DNA of 64,000 nt from an uncultured Eubacterium sp. (GTDB taxonomy: Bacteria; Bacillota; Clostridia; Lachnospirales; Lachnospiraceae). Below the pieces are notes generated by a model, which saw nothing but the letters and a program-made list of their open reading frames with translations, searched no databases and was not told the origin of the DNA. The stretch covers positions 21,396 through 85,395 of the forward strand of contig CAJUBZ010000009.1 in assembly GCA_910584795.1 (NCBI GenBank). Direction: 5' to 3'. Within the stretch, counting starts at the first letter, position 1; each line of letters begins with the position of its first letter. Both the position numbers and the translations under genes were made by a program. Below are positions 39,501-49,546 of the stretch, in pieces.

Positions 39501-40813
39501 CACTGCTAGCTGCAATCAGAGTTCGTTCCGAGAACAAATTTGAACGGTATATTCAGCCTTCTTCCATTAATAAGGTGGAATTCACAAAGCAGATGTATGA
39601 TGATAAATACACTATTCTTACACCACAGATGAGTCCAATTCATTTTAAGATGTTACAATCAGCACTCAATTCCTGTGGATATCATTTTGAAATTATGGAA
39701 AGTAAAAAATCCTGTGTTGATATGGGATTAAAATATGTAAATAATGACGCATGTTATCCTTCCCTAATTGTGGTTGGACAGATTATGGAAGCTCTGCTCT
39801 CCGGTAAATATGACTTAAACAAAACAGCAGTAATAATTACCCAGACCGGTGGCGGCTGCCGTGCCACGAACTATATCGGATTTATCAGAAGAGCGCTGGA
39901 AAAGGCAGGTATGGGACATATCCCTGTACTCTCTCTTTCCCTGCAGGGTCTGGAAAAAAACAGCGGTTTTAAAATCACTCCAAAATTTGCCTTAAAGGCA
40001 GTTCAAGCTGCATTATATGGAGATTTATTTATGAGAGTCGTATATCGGACCAGACCTTATGAGGTTAATGAGGGGGAAACCAATGCCCTTCATAAGAAAT
40101 GGGAATATAAACTCTGTAAAGAATTATCTCATAAAAAATTAGGCATCAGACGTTTTAAAAAGAATATGAGAAAAATTGTAGAGGAATTTGATGCAATTCC
40201 TGTGAAAAATATTAAAAAACCCAGAGTAGGTATCGTAGGTGAAATTTTAGTCAAATTCTCTCCTACTGCCAACAATGACTTAGTGAAACTTTTAGAAGCA
40301 GAAGGTGCTGAGGCTGTCATGCCGGATTTGGCAGACTTCTTCTTATACGGATTTAGAAATGCAACATTTAAACACGACAATCTTGGTTTTGATAAAAAAA
40401 CAGTCCGTCTCAGCAATCTTGGAATCCAAGGAATTGAATGGATGCGTAATTCTGCCAAAAAAGCTTTAATTAAGAGCAAACATTTTACTCCTACTTCAGA
40501 TATCTGGGAAATGAGTCAAATGGCTGAAAAAGTGGTTTCTATCGGTAACCAGACTGGCGAAGGCTGGTTCCTTACTGGTGAGATGCTTCATTTAATTCAT
40601 GACGGTGTCCCAAATATCGTCTGCACACAGCCATTTGCATGTTTACCAAACCACATTGTAGGAAAAGGTGTTATTAAAAAATTGCGTACGATGTATCCGG
40701 AAGCCAATATAGTGGCGGTGGATTATGACCCTGGTGCCAGTGAGGTAAATCAACTGAATCGCATCAAACTGATGCTGGCTACAGCCAATAAGAGATTATC
40801 AAAAGATAAATAA
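36572..40813 (+). CDS. CoA-substrate enzyme activase fusion (two BcrAD/BadFG ATPase modules plus dehydratase-like/DUF2229 region)
   Basis: GIDIGSTT and [18 protein letters not shown] and [10 protein letters not shown] [4Fe-4S] motifs; [24 protein letters not shown]. Confidence 0.85.
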   Translation: MDKNDYYSLGIDIGSTTVKIAILDKEKNIIFSDYERHYANIQETLVSLLKKAHDKLGSIVLCPMITGSGGLALSEHLKIPFVQEVVAVSTALEDYAPQTDVAIELGGEDAKIIYFTNGIEQRMNGICAGGTGSFIDQMASLLQTDASGLNEYAKNYQAIYPIAARCGVFAKTDIQPLINEGATKEDLAASIFQAVVNQTISGLACGKPIRGTVAFLGGPLHFLPELKKAFIRTLKLDDEHIVAPKHSHLFAATGAALNHKSSVRVNIVDLYEQLSKGVKMSMEIKRLDPLFHNQEEYDKFLTRHKKAEVKKGDLTSYKGNCFLGIDSGSTTTKAALIAEDGSLLYSFYSGNNGNPLQTIIDALKDIYKKLPEDTHIVRSCSTGYGEALIKEALMLDEGEVETVAHYYAAAFFEPQVDCILDIGGQDMKCIKIKNNSVDSVQLNEACSSGCGSFIETFAKSLNFSVQDFAKEALFASNPTDLGTRCTVFMNSNVKQAQKEGASVADISSGLAYSVIKNALYKVIKISDAKDLGRKVVVQGGTFYNDAVLRSLEKVAEIHAIRPDIAGIMGAFGAALIAKERYHGVSTTLLSLEQLEAFSYETSMTRCKGCTNACLLTINKFSDGRHFISGNRCEKGIGGQKNKENIPNLFEYKLQRIFGYKPLDIDNAPRGVVGIPRVLNMYENFPFWATFFKELGYRVILSPESSHKIYEMGIESIPSESECYPAKLVHGHIAWLIKEGVKFIFYPCIPYERNETPDANNHYNCPIVTSYAENIKNNVEELEDSSIKFMNPFIALTNEDTITTRLVEEFSKEFGIKEIEIKNAAHLAWEELLASRTDIARKGEETLKYMEQNGKRGIVLAGRPYHVDPEINHGIPELINSYGLAVLTEDSISHLAEVERPLIVSDQWMYHSRLYRAANYVKTRDDLDLVQLNSFGCGLDAVTTDCVSDILTKSGKIYTVLKIDEVNNLGAARIRIRSLLAAIRVRSENKFERYIQPSSINKVEFTKQMYDDKYTILTPQMSPIHFKMLQSALNSCGYHFEIMESKKSCVDMGLKYVNNDACYPSLIVVGQIMEALLSGKYDLNKTAVIITQTGGGCRATNYIGFIRRALEKAGMGHIPVLSLSLQGLEKNSGFKITPKFALKAVQAALYGDLFMRVVYRTRPYEVNEGETNALHKKWEYKLCKELSHKKLGIRRFKKNMRKIVEEFDAIPVKNIKKPRVGIVGEILVKFSPTANNDLVKLLEAEGAEAVMPDLADFFLYGFRNATFKHDNLGFDKKTVRLSNLGIQGIEWMRNSAKKALIKSKHFTPTSDIWEMSQMAEKVVSIGNQTGEGWFLTGEMLHLIHDGVPNIVCTQPFACLPNHIVGKGVIKKLRTMYPEANIVAVDYDPGASEVNQLNRIKLMLATANKRLSKDK

Positions 40814-40843
40814 AGCAGATAATTTTCTTTATATATTTTTTCT

Positions 40844-40891
40844 AAAAGGTATACTGTCAGGAATGATAATCCCGCACAGTATACCTTTTTT
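40844..40891. terminator. Bidirectional terminator between convergent genes
   Basis: AAAAGGTATACTGT / ACAGTATACCTTTT. Confidence 0.75.
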
Positions 40892-40916
40892 CACTTCTCT
40901 GACAAAAATAATTTTA

Positions 40917-41708
40917 TTAACCGATATACAATCCTCTTTTTCGTAATACTCTTTTTTCAATCAATGAGAAAAATACTTTATCTACAATAATTCCAATGAT
41001 AACAATAATTATCATAACCAACATTACCTGATTAATATCTGCCAGGTTTCTTCCAACCATCAAAGTATAACCCAGGCCTACCGACGAGGAAATAACCTCT
41101 CCTGCCATCAATGCTCTCCATGCAAATGACCAGCCTTGTCTAAATCCTGATATCAGCATGGGTATAGCTGCCGGTATAATTACTTTATATAACATTTTTA
41201 TTCCTTTTGCTCCCATTGTACTTGCAGCCTGTACATAAATCTTTTCTACGTTTCTAACACTGCTTTCCACTGACAGCGCGATAGACAGTGATGAACCCAT
41301 AATTATTACAAATAAAATAGAATTTTCTCCTAGTCCAAACCACAAAATTGCAAAAGGTACCCAACATATACTTGGAAGTGTTTGTATTCCCATAAGCATA
41401 GGTTTTAAATATATATTAAGATACTTTACATTTAAGATAACCGCTCCAATTATGCATCCGATCATACAGGATATGATATATCCAATCACTCCTCTCCCCA
41501 GACTGTATCCTATTGACTCTGCAATCGTCCCATCTATCCAAAGTTCAATAAACCTTTCTATAATTCCCGCAACACTTGGAAATGTATAACTCTCCCATAT
41601 TCCAAAAACCTCTGTTCCCATCCAAAACACAATTTGCCATAGCAACAGCAAACCGCCGAAAAATAAAATACTGCCCGGTATTGTCTGTCTTTTGTCCTTT
41701 TTATACAT
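40917..41708 (-). CDS. ABC permease, nitrate/sulfonate (SsuC/TauC) family
   Basis: QTLPSICWVP, ILWFGLG, EAA-like AASTMGA loop, AWRALMAGE. Confidence 0.9.
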   Translation of the reverse strand: MYKKDKRQTIPGSILFFGGLLLLWQIVFWMGTEVFGIWESYTFPSVAGIIERFIELWIDGTIAESIGYSLGRGVIGYIISCMIGCIIGAVILNVKYLNIYLKPMLMGIQTLPSICWVPFAILWFGLGENSILFVIIMGSSLSIALSVESSVRNVEKIYVQAASTMGAKGIKMLYKVIIPAAIPMLISGFRQGWSFAWRALMAGEVISSSVGLGYTLMVGRNLADINQVMLVMIIIVIIGIIVDKVFFSLIEKRVLRKRGLYIG

Positions 41709-42465
41709 AAACCTTTTCCTCCTCCGAAAAGTCTACATCCTTTTCTATCCACTCCAATATTTCCGAACGATATCCCAGAAATTCAGGGGATTTTATATTT
41801 CTAGGTCTACCCAAATTTATATCACAATATTTCTCGATTCTATGACTGTTCCTCGACAAAAATAGTACCCTGTCACCAAAAAAAACTGCTTCCTCCACGC
41901 TATGTGTTATTAAAATAATTGTTTTATGGGTCTTTTCCCATATTTTTTCCACCTGCTTTCTTAAATGATTTGTTGTCTGTTTGTCTAAAGCCGAAAAAGG
42001 TTCATCCATCAATAACATCTTGCTGTCCATAGCCAGTGCTCTCGCAAAAGATACTCTCTGCTTCATCCCTCCTGACAATTGATGAACTGCATAATCCCTG
42101 TACGCTTCCAGATTTACCATTCTTAAATAGTACATCGCTCTTTTTTCTTTTTCCTCTTTTGATAATCCTGCTATGTCCAATCCAAATTTAATATTGTCAA
42201 TCACGGACAGCCACGGAAATAATGCCGATTCCTGAAACATCACAGTCCTCTCACTTGATGGTGAAATAACCGGATTACCATCCAATATAATTTCTCCTGA
42301 TGTCGGTCTTTCCAAACCTGCAATCAATTTCAGCAATGTGGATTTTCCAGAACCGGAAGCACCGACAATACAGGTAAAACTCCCCTTTTCTATGGTCAGA
42401 TTAATATTGTTTAATGTATCTGTATCATTATCGTAAATTTTTGATACATTTTTTAATTCTAACAT
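41701..42465 (-). CDS. ABC ATPase, SsuB/TauB family
   Basis: GASGSGKST, FQESALFPW, LSGGMKQR, MDEPFSALD. Confidence 0.92.
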   Translation of the reverse strand: MLELKNVSKIYDNDTDTLNNINLTIEKGSFTCIVGASGSGKSTLLKLIAGLERPTSGEIILDGNPVISPSSERTVMFQESALFPWLSVIDNIKFGLDIAGLSKEEKEKRAMYYLRMVNLEAYRDYAVHQLSGGMKQRVSFARALAMDSKMLLMDEPFSALDKQTTNHLRKQVEKIWEKTHKTIILITHSVEEAVFFGDRVLFLSRNSHRIEKYCDINLGRPRNIKSPEFLGYRSEILEWIEKDVDFSEEEKVYV

Positions 42466-42494
42466 ATATTTCTCCTATCTTTTCTGTCTATTCA

Positions 42495-43487
42495 CTACTC
42501 TCTACTATCCAAAACACTATTTATTAATTTGTCACTTATAATTCCATTGTCTGGCATCTGCTTTATGAAATTAATATCTTTGCATATCTGAGCATATTCA
42601 ATAACAGATTTTTCACCAAAATCAGATGAAAAAGAGATACTCTTTAGAGAATCTGAGATAATATTTTCTTCAATTTTTTTACCCGTGTCCTCTTTTAGCT
42701 GATGATTCATTATTTTTGCAGCTTCATTTGGATATTGCACAATATATTCTGTTGCCTTAATGTGTGCTTTTAAAAACTTTTTCACCACCTCTTCATGACT
42801 TTCCATATAATCCTTATTCACAATCACTGTGGTAACCACATAATCACCATTATCCGCTATTTCCTTATAATTCAATACTGTTTGGGCAACTGCTTTTCCG
42901 GTTAATGTGCTTCCCCACGGTTCCGGAACAATCGCTGCATCAATATCTCCATTTTTCATCAGATTAGCTACATCTGCATTATTTGCCTCAACAATGTTAA
43001 CATCTCCTTTATCTGATTTTACTGAAAGATTATTCTCCTTTAATAACTTTAACAGCAATAAATGCTGTGTATTTCCAATAGATGGAACAGATACATTTTT
43101 ACCTTTTAAATCTTTTACAGACCGAATATTTGAACCTTTTTTTGCTATCAGAACCGTTCCTCCCTTTGCTGCTCCGCTTATGATTACAAAATCGCCCTTT
43201 GATTTTATATTTGCAGACACTGCCGGAACCGGCCCAATATACCCAATATCAATGTCTTTAGAAAACAAAGCCTCTACCAAAGACGTTCCTGCATCAAAGG
43301 AAAACCACTTGACTTTCATATCATTTCCCAGCTCTTTTTGAAGCATGTTCTGTGACTTCATCACCAATGCCTGTCCATGTGTAATATTATCAAAATATGC
43401 AACATTCAAAGTATTTTCATCTTTTCCACATCCTGTCACAAATAATACCATAATTAAAATAGTAAAAACCCATAATCTATTCTTCAT
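42495..43487 (-). CDS. ABC substrate-binding lipoprotein, aliphatic sulfonate (SsuA-like) family
   Basis: Lipobox VTGC; YFDNITHGQA, IGYIGPVPA, PSIGNTQ, IVPEPW. Confidence 0.85.
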   Translation of the reverse strand: MKNRLWVFTILIMVLFVTGCGKDENTLNVAYFDNITHGQALVMKSQNMLQKELGNDMKVKWFSFDAGTSLVEALFSKDIDIGYIGPVPAVSANIKSKGDFVIISGAAKGGTVLIAKKGSNIRSVKDLKGKNVSVPSIGNTQHLLLLKLLKENNLSVKSDKGDVNIVEANNADVANLMKNGDIDAAIVPEPWGSTLTGKAVAQTVLNYKEIADNGDYVVTTVIVNKDYMESHEEVVKKFLKAHIKATEYIVQYPNEAAKIMNHQLKEDTGKKIEENIISDSLKSISFSSDFGEKSVIEYAQICKDINFIKQMPDNGIISDKLINSVLDSRE

Positions 43488-45561
43488 TTTTCTCAACCTT
43501 TCTTATCTGAATCCAATTATCTGTCCTATACAATTTGTTCTTTAAATTATAATAAACTGTATATTTATCATCCTTTATTCCATTAAACGAAATAACCTCC
43601 CCCACAAAAACTCTGGCAAAATATTCCGGTCTTTTCTGAGATGTTTGTGATAAATCTTTATAGTATGCATGTTCCTTTCCTATCAGATACACTCCGTCCA
43701 GCAAATGATCTATCATCTTTACACATAATAAATCTTCTTCAACATAAAGCTTAATTCTCGCCATATCCTGTTCGCAGTCTATCTGTTCTGGATGGCTCAT
43801 AACCAACGATTTTAAATTTTCAGTACGTTCCTTTTCACTGCTATATTTACTTTCTAGAATTATCGGAGGCACTTTTTCAGCTTTTGTAATATCCGGCATC
43901 GAAACTTCCTCTATCTCACATAGTTTTCCAAAACAATAATCTGCACCCATTTCCATATTTCTACTCATGTCCTCAGGACAAAAATGAAAAGGATATCCTC
44001 TATAAAACCCAAAATTCATTGTATATCTATTCAGAATTTCACCGGATTGATAATCAAATTCTACGATTGTTCCTTTCGCAAAATCGTCACTCTGTACTTT
44101 TCCATTCATAACACATACTCTGCCCATCTCTTTTTCGCAAATAGCAATCGAACGCACAATAGACTTATCTGTAACAAATGTTTTATATAATGTGACTGTT
44201 CCTTCCCTCTCATTAATTTGATATATTTTTGCATATGAATTCTGACTTTTGTTATAATAACTGACCGGCCTCCTCTTATTAATGTGATTATCATAAATAA
44301 TTAATTTCCGATATCCATTATCATCACATTCTTCATCTATAAAATAAGCTGAATGTGCCTGGAAAAACCATTCTATATCTCCAACAGGCTTTAACACTTT
44401 ATCTTCCATTGAAGAATTTTTGAAAAATTCCGGATTTCCCAGAATCCATTCCACCTGTTTTTTCTCATAATTTAGTTTTATGACTGCGTGAAGATTTCTA
44501 AGACATACCATTAATGTTTTGTCATGATTATCATATTCCAATGTATTAATGTGTGCCCAGTCCGGAGAATCTACAAAACGACTGTCAACATAGTCTTTCA
44601 GCCATATCTCATTCACAATATTTCCAGTATTATGTTCAATCTCAATAACAGAATCTTCAATCGTATTATCATCAAAAGAATTAGATACTACTGCATAATT
44701 TCCATTATCAAGTTCACAAAAATCATGGTGTGCACCTTTTTCAACATTATAACGTTTTAAGAATCTTCCCATCTGATCCACCTCATACATATGTATGGAT
44801 GTTGGATTTGTATCTGTATGTCTTGTAACAGTCTTATCTAAAAAGAGATATCTTCCCTTTGATATTGGTTTAAAACCATATGTTTTCGGTACCATAGAAA
44901 AACAAAACCGGATATCTCCTTTTCTGTCAAATGCATAAGGAAAAACACCATCGTCACCACCATAAACTAATGTTAAATCATATGCATATTTTTTCGAAGA
45001 ATATGCTGTGCTGTTTACTTTTATTCCTGAACTTTTTCCTTTTAAGTTATCTGTTGTCAAAAAAATTTCTCTACTTTTTACTCTATTCTTCTTACTCAAA
45101 AGTTCAATTTTTATTTTGTTTTTTGCTCCCGGATACAATCCCATAATTGGAATTGTATGATAACATCCTGATTTAACTTCATATGAGATATTCTCAGTGT
45201 CTTCTTTTCCAAAAACAGTAACCCTCACATTCCTCTCTCTTTTTGTATAAAATATAGCCATTGCACAGAGAGGTGCATACTGATATGGATTTTTTATTAT
45301 CAGCATATTACTAAATTTATACTTCTTCTGATTTACAATTATTTCTATAGCCTTCTCTATTGCCCTCGACTGTAACGGATATGGTTCTTTCACTATAATA
45401 TTAGTTTCGATTTCCACTTCCAGATTTCTCTGCAGCTCTTCTTTATATTTTAATGACTGTTCTTTTATCCATTGTGCGTTTTTAACTGTAATAGTATTTT
45501 GAGGCAGACCCATAGCAACGTATAATTTCTTTGCTATTCTCTTTATTTTATAATCGTTCAT
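43477..45561 (-). CDS. Aryl-sulfate sulfotransferase (ASST family)
   Basis: NPYQYAPLCA and HTIPIMGLYP N-terminal Ig-like region; catalytic-type motifs HHDF, DWAHIN, LRN and QAH. Confidence 0.85.
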   Translation of the reverse strand: MNDYKIKRIAKKLYVAMGLPQNTITVKNAQWIKEQSLKYKEELQRNLEVEIETNIIVKEPYPLQSRAIEKAIEIIVNQKKYKFSNMLIIKNPYQYAPLCAMAIFYTKRERNVRVTVFGKEDTENISYEVKSGCYHTIPIMGLYPGAKNKIKIELLSKKNRVKSREIFLTTDNLKGKSSGIKVNSTAYSSKKYAYDLTLVYGGDDGVFPYAFDRKGDIRFCFSMVPKTYGFKPISKGRYLFLDKTVTRHTDTNPTSIHMYEVDQMGRFLKRYNVEKGAHHDFCELDNGNYAVVSNSFDDNTIEDSVIEIEHNTGNIVNEIWLKDYVDSRFVDSPDWAHINTLEYDNHDKTLMVCLRNLHAVIKLNYEKKQVEWILGNPEFFKNSSMEDKVLKPVGDIEWFFQAHSAYFIDEECDDNGYRKLIIYDNHINKRRPVSYYNKSQNSYAKIYQINEREGTVTLYKTFVTDKSIVRSIAICEKEMGRVCVMNGKVQSDDFAKGTIVEFDYQSGEILNRYTMNFGFYRGYPFHFCPEDMSRNMEMGADYCFGKLCEIEEVSMPDITKAEKVPPIILESKYSSEKERTENLKSLVMSHPEQIDCEQDMARIKLYVEEDLLCVKMIDHLLDGVYLIGKEHAYYKDLSQTSQKRPEYFARVFVGEVISFNGIKDDKYTVYYNLKNKLYRTDNWIQIRKVEKNEE

Positions 45562-45642
45562 ATATCGTTTCTATTTCAATCCTTTCCTTTTATTTTCCAT
45601 CTGCTGTAATATTTCTTGGGTGAAAATCCACCGAATTATACA

Positions 45643-47472
45643 TTATAACTGATATCTTTCTAATTCCTGCATAATATAGTTTACAGTCTCCTCTATTGAC
45701 CGATTTTCTGTATCTACAATAATATCCGGATTAATTGGAACTTCATATGGAGCACTGATTCCTGTAAAGTTTGGAATCTCATCATTTTGTGCTTTCTGAT
45801 AAAGCCCCTTTACATCTCTTTTCTTACAAACCTCTAATGATGTACTGACATATACTTCGATAAAAGATTCCTCTCCTATTATATCCCTAGCATTATCTCT
45901 ATCCTTTTGATATGGTGCTACCAATGCCGTCAGGACAATTAATCCTGCATCGTTCATCAGCCTGCACACTTCTGCATTCCTTCTAATATTTTCAATTCTG
46001 TCTTTTTCTTCAAATCCTAAATTTTTATTTAAACCAAGCCTCACATTATCTCCATCCAGAACCATCGTATGTTTTCCTTTTGCAAACAGTCTTTTTTCTA
46101 CTTCATTTACCAATGTAGATTTTCCAGCACCTGACAATCCGGTAAACCAAATAGACTTTGGAATTTGATTTAAACTTGCTGCTCTTTTTATTCTATCAAT
46201 ATCCATTTTGTGATAAACTATGTTATCTCCTCTTCTAAGAGTATGTTCTACAACACCACATGCCGAAGTCATATTACTTACCCTGTCTATAAGAATAAAT
46301 GCTCCAAGTTCTTTACTGTCCTCAAAACGACTAATGGCTATTCTTTCATTTAAAACAATATCGCAACAGCCAATCTCATTTTTATTTAATATTTTCACAG
46401 GCAGATGATTTCCCTCATTCACATCAATCTTATATTTTATTTTCATGATTGTTCCTAAGAGCATTTTCGTTCCTATTTTAAGATAATAATTTTTGCCCTC
46501 TATCAATGGTGTATTATCCAGCCATAATATTTTTGCATTAAAAATATTACTTACTGTCAGATGATCACTTGATGATATAACACATCCTCTTGAAACATCC
46601 ACCTCTCTATTCAGTTGTACGGTTACTGCCTGACCTTTGACTCCACACTCGTTTTCTTTATCTGTTACAAAGATTTTTTTAATTTCTGCCTGTTCTTTAT
46701 TTGGATATATATGGACTTTCTGTCCTACTTTTATCTGCCCTGCAGAAATCTCTCCCTGAAATCCTCTAAAAGTTCTATCCGGTCTGCATACCCTTTGAAC
46801 CGGCAATACCAGCTCTTCTTTTTCTTCTTTTTTTGAGACATCTATAGATTCTAGATATTCTAACAAAGTTTCTTCCTTATACCACATCATATTTTTCGAA
46901 TGATTGGTAAGATTATCCCCTTTTTTTGCTGACACCGGAATAATTTTTACAGTTTTAAATCTAAATTCCTTTACAATATCATTAATCTCATTTTCTATAT
47001 CAAGAAATATCTGTTCCTGATATTCGATAACATCCATTTTGTTCACAGCAAAAACGATATATTCAATTCCCATAAGAGCACATATTCTTATATGTCTTTT
47101 TGTCTGCGTCATCAAGCCTGCCGAGGCATCAATTAAAATCACTGCCAAATCTGCAAATGAAGCTCCTACAGCCATGTTTCTGGTATACTCCTCATGCCCC
47201 GGTGTATCTGCTACAATAAAACTTCTTTTTTCTGTCGTAAAATATCTATATGCCACATCTATAGTAATCCCCTGCTCTCTTTCAGCCATTAAACCATCTA
47301 ATAGCAGCGAATAGTCTATTTCTCCACCCGCACTTCCTACTTTACTATCTAATTCCAGCGTTTTTTCCTGATCTGCAAAAAGCAGTTTTGCATCATATAA
47401 CATATGCCCTATTAAAGTTGATTTTCCGTCGTCCACACTTCCACACGTAATAAATTTTAACAGACTCTTCAT
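45643..47472 (-). CDS. cysNC: Bifunctional sulfate adenylyltransferase subunit 1 / adenylylsulfate kinase (CysNC, NodQ-like)
   Basis: TCGSVDDGKSTLIG, EREQGITIDVAYRYF; C-terminal WFTGLSGAGKST, LDGDNVR, RDVKGLY. Confidence 0.94.
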   Translation of the reverse strand: MKSLLKFITCGSVDDGKSTLIGHMLYDAKLLFADQEKTLELDSKVGSAGGEIDYSLLLDGLMAEREQGITIDVAYRYFTTEKRSFIVADTPGHEEYTRNMAVGASFADLAVILIDASAGLMTQTKRHIRICALMGIEYIVFAVNKMDVIEYQEQIFLDIENEINDIVKEFRFKTVKIIPVSAKKGDNLTNHSKNMMWYKEETLLEYLESIDVSKKEEKEELVLPVQRVCRPDRTFRGFQGEISAGQIKVGQKVHIYPNKEQAEIKKIFVTDKENECGVKGQAVTVQLNREVDVSRGCVISSSDHLTVSNIFNAKILWLDNTPLIEGKNYYLKIGTKMLLGTIMKIKYKIDVNEGNHLPVKILNKNEIGCCDIVLNERIAISRFEDSKELGAFILIDRVSNMTSACGVVEHTLRRGDNIVYHKMDIDRIKRAASLNQIPKSIWFTGLSGAGKSTLVNEVEKRLFAKGKHTMVLDGDNVRLGLNKNLGFEEKDRIENIRRNAEVCRLMNDAGLIVLTALVAPYQKDRDNARDIIGEESFIEVYVSTSLEVCKKRDVKGLYQKAQNDEIPNFTGISAPYEVPINPDIIVDTENRSIEETVNYIMQELERYQL

Positions 47473-48366
47473 TTAGAAATATCCCTCCCGTTTTCTTCTC
47501 TCCATGCTGCCAGCTGCCTCGTTATCAATAACTCTGCTTGTTCGCTCTGATGACACTGCGCCTAAAGTTTCCTCTATAATCTTGTCCAGCGTATCTGCTT
47601 CCGACTCTATTCCTCCGGTTAAAGGATAGCAGCCTAATGTTCGAAAACGTACCCTTTTCATTTCGGGATGTTCATTTGGCAAAAGTTTCATTCTGTCATC
47701 ATCTACCATAATAAGATTTCCCTCTCTCTCTACTACAAGTCTGTAATCTGCATAGTATAGAGAAACAATGTCAATATTCTCTCTTTTTATATACTGCCAG
47801 ATATCTTTTTCTGTCCAATTGGATATTGGAAAAACACGAATACTTTCCCCTTTAAAAATCTTTGTATTATACAATTTCCACATTTCCGGTCTTTGATTTT
47901 TAGGATCCCATGCATGTTCTTTATTTCTAAAAGAAAAGATTCTTTCTTTTGCTCTGGATTTTTCTTCGTCTCTTCTTCCCCCGCCAAATGCTGCAGTAAA
48001 TCCATATTTATCTAAAGCATCTTTTAATGCCTGCGTTTTCATAATATCCGTATAAGCGGCTCCATGTTCAAAAGGATTAATTCCTTGTCTGATTCCCTCT
48101 TCATTAGAATAAGATATCATTTCTATTCCATATTTTTCTGAAATTCTGTCTCTGAATTCAATCATTTCTTTAAATTTCCATGTTGTGTCTATGTGTAAAA
48201 ATGGAAATGGCGGTTTTTCCGGATAAAACGCTTTCATAGCAAGATGAAGCATAACCGAACTATCCTTTCCAATCGAATACAACATTACCGGATTTTCGCA
48301 CTCTGCTGCAACCTCTCTTATAATGTATATTGCTTCTGCCTCTAAAGCATCTAGATGTGACAACAT
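47473..48366 (-). CDS. cysD: Sulfate adenylyltransferase subunit 2
   Basis: [39 protein letters not shown]. Confidence 0.96.
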   Translation of the reverse strand: MLSHLDALEAEAIYIIREVAAECENPVMLYSIGKDSSVMLHLAMKAFYPEKPPFPFLHIDTTWKFKEMIEFRDRISEKYGIEMISYSNEEGIRQGINPFEHGAAYTDIMKTQALKDALDKYGFTAAFGGGRRDEEKSRAKERIFSFRNKEHAWDPKNQRPEMWKLYNTKIFKGESIRVFPISNWTEKDIWQYIKRENIDIVSLYYADYRLVVEREGNLIMVDDDRMKLLPNEHPEMKRVRFRTLGCYPLTGGIESEADTLDKIIEETLGAVSSERTSRVIDNEAAGSMERRKREGYF

Positions 48367-48476
48367 TTTTGCTTTTCCTCCTCTTTTAATAATTGTAAAA
48401 TTTTGTTAAATTTTATCAGCGAATTGTCATAATAATATGATATAACATTTATAACTTATCGACATTTTATACTATA

Positions 48477-48533
48477 ATAACAGAATACTGCACTGGGATT
48501 TCTTAGATAAATCCCAGTGCAGTATTCTGTTAT
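48477..48533. repeat. Perfect 25 bp inverted repeat (probable terminator or operator)
   Basis: ATAACAGAATACTGCACTGGGATTT-7 nt-AAATCCCAGTGCAGTATTCTGTTAT. Confidence 0.85.
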
Positions 48534-48579
48534 AACATAAACTATCATTGTTTAAGTTTTTACCCAATCCTCATTAAGT

Positions 48580-48762
48580 CTACATTTTTGCAATATCCTG
48601 TATTAAACTATTCATTTCTTTTTTTGACTGTACTGTTCTTGCTGTTTCTATAACCTGTTTTTTCTCTGAATCTGTCAAATTTGAAAAATGCTCCATTGCA
48701 TTATCATTCATCGCCAGACCAAACCCCAATCCTAAAGGCATTTCCTCTTTATTATTTTCCAT
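48580..48762 (-). CDS. Small hypothetical protein
   Basis: 60 aa, MPLGLGFGLAMN...VQSKKEM; GGGAGG RBS. Confidence 0.75.
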   Translation of the reverse strand: MENNKEEMPLGLGFGLAMNDNAMEHFSNLTDSEKKQVIETARTVQSKKEMNSLIQDIAKM

Positions 48763-48844
48763 AAAAAACCTCCCACTAATGCATTAACTTTTAAATACAG
48801 TTTTTACATTTAGTGGGAGATTTATTCTTTTTCCTAAAATTTTT

Positions 48845-49546
48845 TTACTTTATTTTTAGTGTTCTCAGATAATCTTTCTGTTCATAAGTAATTCTTCTGC
48901 TTTCAACAGACTTCTGGATTGCTTTATTATGAGTCCATTTATCCAACTTCTTATTTTCAATAAATGGTAATGTCAAATCATACTGTTTTGCCAACGCCGT
49001 TGCAAAGTACCATGCCATCATCATATTTACATAATACTCCTCAGAATTCACTTCAGCTACCATTTCAGGATACATCACATCAAATGTGTCATCTAAAAAA
49101 TATTTCATTAACATCTCAATTGCAAAACGAATCGTATATGTATCATCAGCTTTTATCCATATCTTTATTTTTTCTAAAAGTCTTTCACGATTCTTTTGAA
49201 ATACTTTGGGTGCCATCATATCACAAGTAGCCCAATTATCTACATATGGAAGAAAGCGTTCTACTTCTGCAATGCACTCATCATAATCTTTTATCTGCTC
49301 TAATATAAAAGCGTGTAAATTATTCTCCTCGTAATAATTATGCGGAAGTATCTTTATATATTCTTTTGCTTCATCCGTCTTAGCAAAATCTTTTGCATAT
49401 TTTCTAAGCTCTGGTGTTCTTACACCAATAATCAGTTCTTCTTGAACACTTGGAATCAGTTTTGCATGAAATCTTTTGTACTCTAAATCCTGCATAGAAA
49501 AAAGTGATTCTACCACTTTCGTTTCGATATTACTCATATTATTCAC
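48845..49546 (-). CDS. DNA alkylation repair protein (AlkD-like)
   Basis: IGVRTPELR, VDNWATCD, YYVNMMMAW; adjacent to ung. Confidence 0.85.
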   Translation of the reverse strand: MNNMSNIETKVVESLFSMQDLEYKRFHAKLIPSVQEELIIGVRTPELRKYAKDFAKTDEAKEYIKILPHNYYEENNLHAFILEQIKDYDECIAEVERFLPYVDNWATCDMMAPKVFQKNRERLLEKIKIWIKADDTYTIRFAIEMLMKYFLDDTFDVMYPEMVAEVNSEEYYVNMMMAWYFATALAKQYDLTLPFIENKKLDKWTHNKAIQKSVESRRITYEQKDYLRTLKIK

